NCBI RefSeq assembly: GCF_036404855.1
Contig: NZ_DASWYS010000050.1
Span: 9,308-73,307, forward strand
Origin: Roseateles sp.
Lineage (GTDB): Bacteria > Pseudomonadota > Gammaproteobacteria > Burkholderiales > Burkholderiaceae_C
DNA: 64,000 nucleotides
Reading direction: 5' to 3'
The notes beneath the pieces were generated by a model. It had not been told where the DNA came from. It was given only the letters and a program-made list of their open reading frames with translations, and made no database searches. Shown here piece after piece: positions 31,705 to 40,337 of the stretch (the stretch's first letter is position 1; every line of letters begins with the position of its first letter). A program made the translations under genes and the position numbers.

Positions 31705-34368
31705 ATGATTCCGACGCCTCGAACCGCCCTGGCCACCGCCATCCTGTTCGCGCTTGCCGCGGTTGCACAAGCCCAGACCCCGCCCAACGGTGCCGCCTCG
31801 GTGCCACCGGCAGCGGCAGCCGCTGCCGCCGCCGCCGCTGCTGCAGCACCCAAGCCCTTTGCTGACGTGATCAAGGGTGCAAAGGAGCAGCCCGGCCTGT
31901 TCCCGATCTGGCGCAAGGACGAGAAGGTCTGGATCGAGATCCCCAAGGAAGCCTTCAACAAGCCTTTCCTGTTCAGCGTCAACGTGGCCAACTCGATCGG
32001 CGAGCGCGGCTTCTACGCCAGCCAGATGCTGGGCGATGAATTGGCCGAATGGCGCCGCATCGGCAATCAGGTCCAGCTGATCGCGCTGAACACCAAGTTC
32101 CGCTCCGACAGCGCCTCCAGCAAGCAGGCCCTCGAGCAGGCTTTCTCGCCCAGCCTGATTGCCGGCACGCCGGTGGCCAGCGCCGAGCACCCGGACCGCA
32201 AGTCGGTACTGGTGGACGCCAGCGGCCTGCTGCTGGGCGACATCCCCGGCTACTCCACGCGCCTGGAGATGGCCTACCGCCTGCCGTTCGCACCCGATCG
32301 TGCCAATTCCTACATCGAGGCCACGCGTGCCGACGCCCAGATCTCGACCCTGACCTCGCGCGTGCACTTCGCCACGCCGCGCATCCCGGCACCGTCGTTG
32401 GTGCCCGCGCCCGTGCCCGTGCCGACGCCGCCCCAGGCCACGCCGGACCCGCGTTCGATGTTCTTCAGCTTCGTCTACAGCTTCCGCGCGCTGCCCGAAA
32501 AGCCGGCCGCCGTGCGCCATGCCGACCCCCGTCTGGGTCATTTCATGGAGAGCTACAGCAACCTCGGTGACGATCTCAAGGCCAACCCGCGCGTGCACAT
32601 GGTGGCTCGCTGGCGCCTCGAGAAGAAAGACCCGAGCGCGGCCCTGTCCGAGCCGGTGCAGCCCATCGTCTACTGGATGGACAAGAACATCCCCGCGAAG
32701 TACCGCGCCTCGGTCAAGGCCGGCATCGAAGAGTGGAACAAGGCCTTCGAGAAGATCGGCTTCAAGGACGCCGTGCAGGCCAGGCAGCAGCCCGATGATG
32801 CCGACTGGGACAACATGGACTCGACGCATGCGTCCGTGCGTTGGTTCACCGGCGCCGATGTCGGTTTCGCCATCGGCCCGAGCAACAAGGACCCGCGCAC
32901 CGGCGAAATCCTGGATGCTGACATCGGCATGAGCGACGTCTTCGGCCGCGGCTCACGCCGTCTGGCCGCCGACGACGTGCTGCCTGGAGGCCAGCCGGCG
33001 CTGACAAGCTGGATGGGTGAGCGCAGCCTGCATCTGGCCGAGCAGCAGTGCAGCTACATGGCCGATCAGGCCCACGAGTTCGGCTTTGCGCTGGACCTGT
33101 TGGCACTGCGCGACGGCCTGGAGATGGACGGCCCCGAGGCCGAGGCGTTGGCTCAGGCCGTCGTCAAGGACGTGGTCATGCACGAAGTCGGCCACACGCT
33201 GGGCCTCAAGCACAACTTCAAGTCGTCCACGACCGTCACCCAGGCCCAGCTGAAAGACAAGGCCTTCACCGATGCACATGGCATCTCCAACTCGGTGATG
33301 GACTACAACGCCTACAACCTGCCGCTCAAGGGTGAGGCCAAGACCACTGTCACCAACACGACGCTGGGCGCCTACGACTACTGGGCCATTGAGTACGCCT
33401 ACAAGCAGATCCCGGCCGAACAGGAAGCCGCCGAACTGGCCAAGATCGCGGCCCGCTCGACGGAGCCTCTGCTTGCCTACGGCGACGACTTTGACCAAGG
33501 CGTCGGCGGTCCCTATGACGGCTTCGACCCGCGCAGCAACCAGCGCGATCTTGGCGACGACCCGCTGGCCTACGCCAAGAAGCGCCTCAAGCTCAGCCAG
33601 GAACTGTGGGATCGCGTGCAGTCGCGTCAGGCCACCGTGGGTGACGACCCGCTGCGCAACCGCCGCTCGATCGCAGAGTCCTTCCGCCAGATGGGCATGA
33701 CGGCCAACAACGTCAGCAAGTACGTGGGCGGCATGTATGCCGAGCGCGTGGTGCCGGGCGTTACGAGCGGCCCGGCCTTCAAGCCGGTGGAGAACGCGCA
33801 GCAGCGCGAGGCGCTGCGCTTCATTGCCAGCGGCCTGCTGTCCAGCGACTCGTTCAAGTTCAAACCCGAGTTCCTCGCCACGCAGACGCTGGACTACAAC
33901 GAGTGGGACCGCGGCCTGCCGCTGTCCATCCCGGACGCCGTCGCTGCACTGCAGGGCCGCGTGCTGGACCGCCTGATGTCGCCCAACACGGCGCGCCGCC
34001 TCATCGAGCAGGGTGCCTATCTGCCCGAAGCCCAACGCAAGGGTGCTGTGTCGCTCAGCGAGGTCTACGGCGCACTGCAAGGCGCGATCTTCAGCGAGCT
34101 CAAGACCGGCGCCGAGATCGATCGCATGCGTCGCAGCCTCCAGCGCGAGTACCTGCGTCGCCTGCAGGCGCAATTGAACCGCTCGACCAACGGCGCGACG
34201 GTCTATGCCGATGCCTTCTCGATGGCGCGCTGGCATGCCAACCTGCTGGCCAACGACCTGCGTGCGGCGGCGGCCAAGCCGGGGCTGTCGGTCGAGACCC
34301 GCGCCCACGTGGTTGAGATGCAGGACATGCTGAGCTCGATGCTGAAGGCCTCGCTGACGCGCAGCTGA
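31705..34368 (+). CDS. Secreted zinc metalloprotease (metzincin; DUF5117/DUF5118/DUF4953-type architecture)
   Basis: Signal peptide, Ala-rich linker, 'RHADPRLGHF', 'PIVYWMD', 'DPRTGEILDADI', 'HEVGHTLGLKHN', Met-turn 'SVMDY'. Confidence 0.9.
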   Translation: MIPTPRTALATAILFALAAVAQAQTPPNGAASVPPAAAAAAAAAAAAAPKPFADVIKGAKEQPGLFPIWRKDEKVWIEIPKEAFNKPFLFSVNVANSIGERGFYASQMLGDELAEWRRIGNQVQLIALNTKFRSDSASSKQALEQAFSPSLIAGTPVASAEHPDRKSVLVDASGLLLGDIPGYSTRLEMAYRLPFAPDRANSYIEATRADAQISTLTSRVHFATPRIPAPSLVPAPVPVPTPPQATPDPRSMFFSFVYSFRALPEKPAAVRHADPRLGHFMESYSNLGDDLKANPRVHMVARWRLEKKDPSAALSEPVQPIVYWMDKNIPAKYRASVKAGIEEWNKAFEKIGFKDAVQARQQPDDADWDNMDSTHASVRWFTGADVGFAIGPSNKDPRTGEILDADIGMSDVFGRGSRRLAADDVLPGGQPALTSWMGERSLHLAEQQCSYMADQAHEFGFALDLLALRDGLEMDGPEAEALAQAVVKDVVMHEVGHTLGLKHNFKSSTTVTQAQLKDKAFTDAHGISNSVMDYNAYNLPLKGEAKTTVTNTTLGAYDYWAIEYAYKQIPAEQEAAELAKIAARSTEPLLAYGDDFDQGVGGPYDGFDPRSNQRDLGDDPLAYAKKRLKLSQELWDRVQSRQATVGDDPLRNRRSIAESFRQMGMTANNVSKYVGGMYAERVVPGVTSGPAFKPVENAQQREALRFIASGLLSSDSFKFKPEFLATQTLDYNEWDRGLPLSIPDAVAALQGRVLDRLMSPNTARRLIEQGAYLPEAQRKGAVSLSEVYGALQGAIFSELKTGAEIDRMRRSLQREYLRRLQAQLNRSTNGATVYADAFSMARWHANLLANDLRAAAAKPGLSVETRAHVVEMQDMLSSMLKASLTRS

Positions 34369-34387
34369 TCGTCATCGCTTCGCTCAC

Positions 34388-34415
34388 AAGGCCGGCCGCT
34401 GCGCCGGCCTTTTTT
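34388..34415 (+). terminator. Rho-independent terminator
   Basis: AAGGCCGGC/GCCGGCCTT stem followed by a T run. Confidence 0.85.
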
Positions 34416-34452
34416 GCTCGCTAGCATGTGCTTCTCTGCCTCAGGAAACCCC

Positions 34453-34848
34453 ATGACCAGCACGTCCACGCCCTACCTTCCCGACCATCTTGGCATCGTC
34501 GTGACCCGCAATGCGGGCGGCGAGGTGCAGGGCGAGATGCCGGTGCGGCAGCAACTGATGGCGCCCAACGGCTTTCTGCATGCAGGCAGCGTCGTCACGC
34601 TGGCCGACAGCTGCGCCGGCTATGGCTGCATGGCCCACCTGCCGAGTGGTGCTGTCGGCTTCACGACCGTGGAGCTGAAGTCCAACTTCCTGGGCACCGC
34701 GCGTGACGGCACGGTGGAATGCGCGGCGCGGCTGGTGCACGGCGGGCGCACGACGCAGGTCTGGGACGCGGTGGTGACGCACCGGGAGACTGGCAAGACC
34801 ATGGCCCTGTTCCGATGCACGCAGATGGTGCTGTACGGGAAAGGCTGA
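34453..34848 (+). CDS. PaaI-family hot-dog thioesterase
   Basis: 'NGFLHAGSVVTLADS', 'TVELKSNFL', 'GGRTTQVW'; AGGAAA RBS. Confidence 0.9.
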   Translation: MTSTSTPYLPDHLGIVVTRNAGGEVQGEMPVRQQLMAPNGFLHAGSVVTLADSCAGYGCMAHLPSGAVGFTTVELKSNFLGTARDGTVECAARLVHGGRTTQVWDAVVTHRETGKTMALFRCTQMVLYGKG

Positions 34849-34891
34849 TCTCCCGCGGGCCGGCGTGGTCGGGCGGCGCCTGCTCGGGTCC

Positions 34892-36271
34892 TCAGGCGTG
34901 GGCTGCCAAGCCTTCCAGCAGCTTGTCGTGAATGCCGCCAAAGCCGCCGTTGCTCATGCATAGAAGATGGTCGCCCGGCTTCGCGGCCTTGATGACAGCG
35001 GCCACGAGCGCATCGACGTCCGCGCCGACGAATGCCTGGGTGCCCATGGGCGCCAGCGCTTCCTTGGCGTCCCAGCTCAAGCCCTGCTGGTTGCAGAAAG
35101 CCAGGTCGGCCTCCTCCAGCGCCCAGGGCAGTTGGGCCTTCATGGTGCCCAGCTTCATCGTGTTGGAGCGGGGCTCGAAGATGGCCAGGATGCGCTCGGC
35201 CGGTGCGATGCGACGGCGCAGACCGTTGATGGTGGTGCGGATGGCCGTCGGATGGTGGGCGAAGTCGTCGTAGACCTTGATACTGCCGCCTTCGCGTCGG
35301 GCCTCGCCACGTAGCTCCATGCGGCGGCGCACGTTCTGGAACTCGGCCAGCGCAGCGGCCGACTGTTCGGGCGTCACGCCCACATGCTCGGCAGCGGCGA
35401 TGGCTGCCAGCGCATTGAGCTGGTTGTGCTCGCCAATCAATCCCCATTCGACGCGCGCGACCTTCAGACCGCCGCGCAGCACATCGAAGGACTGCGGCTC
35501 GCCGCGGGCGCGCAGCATGCCGGCCTCTTCCTTCTTGGCGCCGAAACGCTGCACCTCGCTCCAGCAGCCGCGCGCTATGACGCGCTGCAATGCCTCCTCG
35601 CGGGCGTTGACGACCAGGCGGCCGCTGGCCGGCACGGTGCGCACGAGATGGTGGAACTGGGTCTCGATGGCGGCCAGGTCCGGAAAGATGTCGGCGTGAT
35701 CGTGCTCGAGGTTGTTCAGGATGGCCGTGCGCGGGCGGTAGTGCACGAACTTGCTGCGCTTGTCGAAGAAGGCCGTGTCGTACTCGTCGGCCTCGATGAC
35801 GAAGCTCTTGCCTTCTCCAAGTCGAGCCGACACGCCGAAGTTCTGTGGCACGCCGCCCACCAGAAAGCCCGGCTTCAGCCCTGCATGCTCCAGGATCCAC
35901 GCCAACATGGACGTCGTCGTCGTCTTGCCATGCGTGCCGGCCACGGCCAGGACGTGGCGCCCCTGCAGAACATGCTCGGCCAGCCATTGCGGGCCGGAAA
36001 CATAGGGCAGGCCGGCGTCGAGGATGGCCTCCATCAGCGGGAATCGTTCGCCGCGCGTGACCACGTTGCCGATGACGAAGACATCCGGCTGGAGCTCCAG
36101 TTGCTCGGCGCCGAAGCCGGTGATCAGTTCGATGCCCAGGGCCTCGAGCTGGGTGCTCATGGGCGGGTAGACGTTCGCGTCGCAGCCCGTCACGCGGTGG
36201 CCGGCCTCGCGCGCAAGCGCCGCCAGCCCCCCCATGAAGGTGCCGCAGATACCGAGGATGTGCAAGTGCAT
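34892..36271 (-). CDS. mpl: Murein peptide ligase Mpl
   Basis: 'HILGICGTFMGG', 'AGTHGKTTT', 'EADEYDTAFFDKRSKF', 'DDFAHHPTA', 'FEPRSNTM'. Confidence 0.97.
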   Translation of the reverse strand: MHLHILGICGTFMGGLAALAREAGHRVTGCDANVYPPMSTQLEALGIELITGFGAEQLELQPDVFVIGNVVTRGERFPLMEAILDAGLPYVSGPQWLAEHVLQGRHVLAVAGTHGKTTTTSMLAWILEHAGLKPGFLVGGVPQNFGVSARLGEGKSFVIEADEYDTAFFDKRSKFVHYRPRTAILNNLEHDHADIFPDLAAIETQFHHLVRTVPASGRLVVNAREEALQRVIARGCWSEVQRFGAKKEEAGMLRARGEPQSFDVLRGGLKVARVEWGLIGEHNQLNALAAIAAAEHVGVTPEQSAAALAEFQNVRRRMELRGEARREGGSIKVYDDFAHHPTAIRTTINGLRRRIAPAERILAIFEPRSNTMKLGTMKAQLPWALEEADLAFCNQQGLSWDAKEALAPMGTQAFVGADVDALVAAVIKAAKPGDHLLCMSNGGFGGIHDKLLEGLAAHA

Positions 36272-36299
36272 GGCGATCAGCCCCGTAGGGCGTGGGAAC

Positions 36300-37586
36300 T
36301 CAGCGCAAGGCGGTGCGTGCGGCCGCGAGGGTGGCATCGATGTCGGCCTGGGTGTGGGCGGCCGATACGAAACCTGCCTCGTACAAGGCCGGAGCAAGAT
36401 AGATGCCGGCATCCAGCATCGCGTGGAAGAAGCGGTTGAAGCGCTCCTTGTCCGTGGTCATCACGGTCGTGTAGTTCTGCGGCAGCTCCGGCAGCAGGAA
36501 GAAGCCAAACATGCCGCCTTCGCAGTCGGCGCTGAAGGGCACGCCGTTTTCAAGAGCGACCGTCTTCAGGCCATCGACCAGCAGGCGCGTCTTGGCGGAC
36601 AGCGACTCGAAGAAGCCGGGTTTCTGGATCTCCCGCAGCGTTGCCAGACCGCAGGCTGTGGCCACCGGATTGCCTGACAGCGTGCCGGCCTGGTAGACGC
36701 CGCCCAGCGGCGCCAAGTGCTGCATGACCTCGCGCCTGGCGCCGAAGGCCGCCAGCGGCATGCCGCCGCCAATGACCTTGCCGAAGGTGGAGATGTCGGG
36801 TGCGAAGCCGGGGATCAGCTTGGCGTAATGGGCCTGTGCGGAGCCCAGGCCGACGCGAAAGCCCGTCATGACCTCGTCCAGCACAAGCAGCGCGCCATGC
36901 TGCGTGCACAGGCGCCGCAGTGCCGTCATGAAGGGCACGGAGGCACGCACGAAGTTCATGTTGCCCGCGATGGGTTCGATGATGACGCAGGCCAGTTCGT
37001 GGCCGGCTTCGTCGAACGCGGCTTCCAGCTGCTCCACGTTGTTGTATTCGAGGACCAGGGTGTCCGCCGCCGATCCGGGCGTGACGCCTGCACTGGTGGG
37101 GTGGCCGAAGGTGGCCAGGCCCGAACCGGCCTTCACGAGCAGCGCGTCGGTGTGGCCGTGGTAGCAGCCCTCGAACTTGATGAACTTGTGCCGGCCTGTG
37201 GCGCCGCGCGCCAGGCGGATGGCGCTCATCGTCGCTTCGGTGCCGGAGCTCACCAGGCGCACCTGATCCATGCTGGGCACCAACTTGAGGATCTCCTCGG
37301 CCAGCTCAATCTCGCGCTCCGTCGGTGCGCCGAAGGAGAAGCCCTCAGTGGCGGCCTTCTGCACCGCCTCCAGGACGGCCGGGTGGCCGTGGCCCAGGAT
37401 CATGGGACCCCAGGAGCCGATGTAGTCGATGTAGCGCTTGCCTTCGGCGTCGACGATATAGGCCCCTTCGCCGCGGGCGATGAAGCGCGGCGTACCGCCG
37501 ACGGCGCGGAAGGCGCGCACGGGAGAGTTCACGCCGCCGGGGATGACGCGCGCGGCGCGCTCGAAGAGCTCGGAATTGCTAGCCAT
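36300..37586 (-). CDS. hemL: Glutamate-1-semialdehyde 2,1-aminomutase
   Basis: '[12 protein letters not shown]', 'SGTEATM', 'GCYHGH', 'DEVMTGFR', 'FGKVIGGG', 'GTLSGNP'. Confidence 0.98.
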   Translation of the reverse strand: MASNSELFERAARVIPGGVNSPVRAFRAVGGTPRFIARGEGAYIVDAEGKRYIDYIGSWGPMILGHGHPAVLEAVQKAATEGFSFGAPTEREIELAEEILKLVPSMDQVRLVSSGTEATMSAIRLARGATGRHKFIKFEGCYHGHTDALLVKAGSGLATFGHPTSAGVTPGSAADTLVLEYNNVEQLEAAFDEAGHELACVIIEPIAGNMNFVRASVPFMTALRRLCTQHGALLVLDEVMTGFRVGLGSAQAHYAKLIPGFAPDISTFGKVIGGGMPLAAFGARREVMQHLAPLGGVYQAGTLSGNPVATACGLATLREIQKPGFFESLSAKTRLLVDGLKTVALENGVPFSADCEGGMFGFFLLPELPQNYTTVMTTDKERFNRFFHAMLDAGIYLAPALYEAGFVSAAHTQADIDATLAAARTALR

Positions 37587-37606
37587 GGGAAAAGGGAATC
37601 AGGGAG

Positions 37607-38554
37607 TCAATGCATGCGCCGCGGCGTTTTCGGCGGCTGCTCGGGTTCGGGGTCGGGCTCGAAGTCCGGTGGCTCGCCACCTTCCTCGTCCGCCGTGGGC
37701 AGGGCCCAGAAGAAGCGGTCGGGGATGACGTTGCCCATGCCCGGGCGGAAGCCCGCGTCCAGCGACTGGTCGAGGAAGGACAGGGCCTCGCTGACCGCCG
37801 AGTGCAATTCGGCACCCACCGATAGCAGCGCCGCCAGCGCTGCCGACAGCGTGTCGCCGGCGCCGACGAAGGCGGTCTCGAAGCGCTCGAACTTTTCGCC
37901 AGTGATGGGGCCTTGCGCATTGGCAAGCACGTTGTCCACGTACTGGTTGGGCAACTGCACGCCGGTGACCAGTACATGCTGGGCACCAGCCTGCGCGGCG
38001 GCGACGGCCAACTCGCGTGCCGAGGGACTGCGCTCGCTGTCCCAGTCGGGCAACAGGAAGTCAGTCATGGTCTTGTGGTTGCCCACCAGCACGGCGGTCT
38101 GCGGCAGCACCAGCTCGCGCAGCGCATCCAGGTAGCTCTGCTGTTCGTCCTCGTCGATCCATGCGATCGCAGGCAGGTAGGTGACCAGCGGAACATCCGG
38201 GTAGTCGCTCAGAACCTCGGCCACTGCGCTGACCGCCTCGGCGTTGCCGAGGAAGCCGACCTTCCAGGCCGTGATGGGCACGTCTTCCAGGATGTGGCGG
38301 GCCTGCTCGGCGACCGTGTCGGCGTCGAGGTTCTCGTGCTCGAAGACCTCGGCGGTGTCGCGCAGCACGACGGCAGTGACGACGGGCAGGCAGTGCGCAC
38401 CCATGGCGGCGATCGTTGCAACGTCGCCGGCAAGGCCGCCTGCACCGGACGCGTCGCTGGCGTTGAAGCTCAGTACGCAGGCCGGCGGCGGGCTTTCCTG
38501 TTCGTCTTGGGGGGCATCGACCTCGGGGTCGGCGGTGTTGGGTGTTGGGCTCAT
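37607..38554 (-). CDS. ThiD-like (ribokinase-fold) kinase
   Basis: 'SDASGAGGLAGD', 'WKVGFLG', 'LVGNHKT', 'VLVTG', 'GAGDTLSA', 'GFRPGMG'; start placed at MSPTP. Confidence 0.8.
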   Translation of the reverse strand: MSPTPNTADPEVDAPQDEQESPPPACVLSFNASDASGAGGLAGDVATIAAMGAHCLPVVTAVVLRDTAEVFEHENLDADTVAEQARHILEDVPITAWKVGFLGNAEAVSAVAEVLSDYPDVPLVTYLPAIAWIDEDEQQSYLDALRELVLPQTAVLVGNHKTMTDFLLPDWDSERSPSARELAVAAAQAGAQHVLVTGVQLPNQYVDNVLANAQGPITGEKFERFETAFVGAGDTLSAALAALLSVGAELHSAVSEALSFLDQSLDAGFRPGMGNVIPDRFFWALPTADEEGGEPPDFEPDPEPEQPPKTPRRMH

Positions 38555-38715
38555 GGGGAAGTCATGGCGGGCGCGGCCGAGAAGCTGCCGCAAAGCGTGG
38601 AGTCTGCCGCTAAAAGGGCGTTTCCGAGGCCCTGGGCACAGGCGTTTGCCCTCAGCATTGCGCTCTCGGGCCCTGGCTAGAATGATTTGATTGTAGTGAG
38701 CAAACTCTGAGCACC

Positions 38716-38889
38716 GTGAGCGAACCGAGTACCTGGATGTGCCTGATCTGTGGATGGATCTATGACGAAGCCACGGGCGATCCCGAGCATGGCATTGCGC
38801 CCGGCACTGCCTGGGCCGATGTCGACATGAACTGGACCTGTCCCGACTGCGGCGCGCGCAAGGAAGATTTCGAGATGGTGCGCATCTGA
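38716..38889 (+). CDS. Rubredoxin (57 aa; absent from the ORF track)
   Basis: My translation from GTG: (M)SEPSTWMCLICGWIYDEATGDPEHGIAPGTAWADVDMNWTCPDCGARKEDFEMVRI, with two CxxCG motifs. Confidence 0.95.
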   Translation: MSEPSTWMCLICGWIYDEATGDPEHGIAPGTAWADVDMNWTCPDCGARKEDFEMVRI

Positions 38890-38950
38890 CCCTGCCTCAC
38901 GGGCGGCCGAATGGGGCTGGCCTCGAGCTGAAGTTCCCAGGAGACGACGT

Positions 38951-39340
38951 TTGAACGAGCAAGTTTCCGGTGCGGGACCCACCCGCATCCTGGTCATCGA
39001 CGACAGCAACACCATCCGTCGCAGTGCGGAGATCTTCCTGAAGCAGGGGGGTCACGAGGTGGCTCTGGCCGAGGATGGCTTCGATGCGTTGGCCAAGCTG
39101 GGCGATTTCCATCCCGATCTTGTGTTCTGCGACATCCTGATGCCGCGTCTGGATGGGTATCAGACCTGCGCCATCATCAAGCGCAACCCGCAGTTCTCGG
39201 GAGTGCCGGTGATCATGCTGTCATCGAAAGACGGCCTCTTCGACAAGGCCCGCGGACGTATGGTGGGCTCGCAGGACTACCTGACCAAGCCCTTCACCAA
39301 GGACCAGTTGCTTCAGGCGGTGCTGCAGCACCGGCCCTGA
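38951..39340 (+). CDS. pilG: Pil-Chp response regulator PilG
   Basis: TTG start after AGGAG; 'IDDSNTIRRSAE', 'DILMPRLDGYQTC', 'LSSKDGLFDKARGR'. Confidence 0.95.
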   Translation: MNEQVSGAGPTRILVIDDSNTIRRSAEIFLKQGGHEVALAEDGFDALAKLGDFHPDLVFCDILMPRLDGYQTCAIIKRNPQFSGVPVIMLSSKDGLFDKARGRMVGSQDYLTKPFTKDQLLQAVLQHRP

Positions 39341-39366
39341 GAAGCGCCCATCGAGAGAGAACTGCC

Positions 39367-39732
39367 ATGAGCATTCATAACATCCTGCTGGTTGACGACT
39401 CCAAGACAGAGCTGCACGCGCTGTCGGAGATGCTGGGCAAGCGCGGCTTCAACGTGCGCACCGCGGAGAACGGCGAGGAGGCCATGAAGCGCCTGGCCGA
39501 GGCCAGGCCCGACCTGATCCTGATGGACGTCGTCATGCCGGGCCAGAATGGCTTCCAGCTGACGCGTGCCATCACACGCGACGAGCGTTATGCCGGCGTT
39601 CCCGTGATCATGTGCACCAGCAAGGGCCAGGAGACCGACAAGGTCTGGGGTATGCGCCAGGGTGCCAGCGACTACGTCGTCAAGCCCGTCAAGGCCGAAG
39701 AGCTGCTGGCCAAGATCAAAGCCCTCGGCTGA
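39367..39732 (+). CDS. pilH: Pil-Chp response regulator PilH
   Basis: 'VDDSKTE', 'DVVMPGQNGFQLTR', 'TSKGQETDKVWGMRQGA'. Confidence 0.95.
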   Translation: MSIHNILLVDDSKTELHALSEMLGKRGFNVRTAENGEEAMKRLAEARPDLILMDVVMPGQNGFQLTRAITRDERYAGVPVIMCTSKGQETDKVWGMRQGASDYVVKPVKAEELLAKIKALG

Positions 39733-39734
39733 AC

Positions 39735-40265
39735 ATGGCGAACAAGACGGCACTCCGCGAGCTGCAGCAGCGTCTGGCCGAGCGCATGCAAGCTGCGCGG
39801 GAGCAGACGCTGATCGCGAACTGGCTGGCCGTGGAATGTGCCGGCGTCGGTTTGCTGTTTTCACTGAAGCAGGCCAGCGAGATCTTCGCGCCCGTGCCGA
39901 TCAAGCCCGTGCCCTATGCCAAGCCCTGGCTGGCTGGCGTGGCGAATCTGCGCGGCGGTCTGTTCACGGTGGTCGACTTGGCCGTGTATCTCGGCCTGCG
40001 CGACCCTGCCCCCGGCCGTGCCGTGCCGACACAGAGCCGCCTGGTGTCGTTGGGCAGCGACCTGAACCTGAACTGCGCGCTGCTCGTGGACCGGCTGGCC
40101 GGCCTGCGCAGCGACGAGCAATTGCCGCGGGCCGCACAGCAGCCGGCCGGGCCGTTGCCGCGTTTCGCCGGCGCACTGCACTGCGACGAAGCCGGCCGCC
40201 ACTGGCAAGAGATCGATCTCGAGGCGTTGTCGCGGCAGGAGAACTTCCTGCACATCGTCGCCTGA
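39735..40265 (+). CDS. pilI: CheW-like adaptor PilI
   Basis: 'VPYAKPWLAGVANLRGGLFTVVDL'; lies between pilH and the MCP. Confidence 0.9.
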   Translation: MANKTALRELQQRLAERMQAAREQTLIANWLAVECAGVGLLFSLKQASEIFAPVPIKPVPYAKPWLAGVANLRGGLFTVVDLAVYLGLRDPAPGRAVPTQSRLVSLGSDLNLNCALLVDRLAGLRSDEQLPRAAQQPAGPLPRFAGALHCDEAGRHWQEIDLEALSRQENFLHIVA

Positions 40266-40337
40266 TGGGCGCTCCGTTTCCAAGCTTCAAGCCGCGCGTT
40301 GACGCGGACATCGCAAACACTGAAGGACGAGGGTGAG

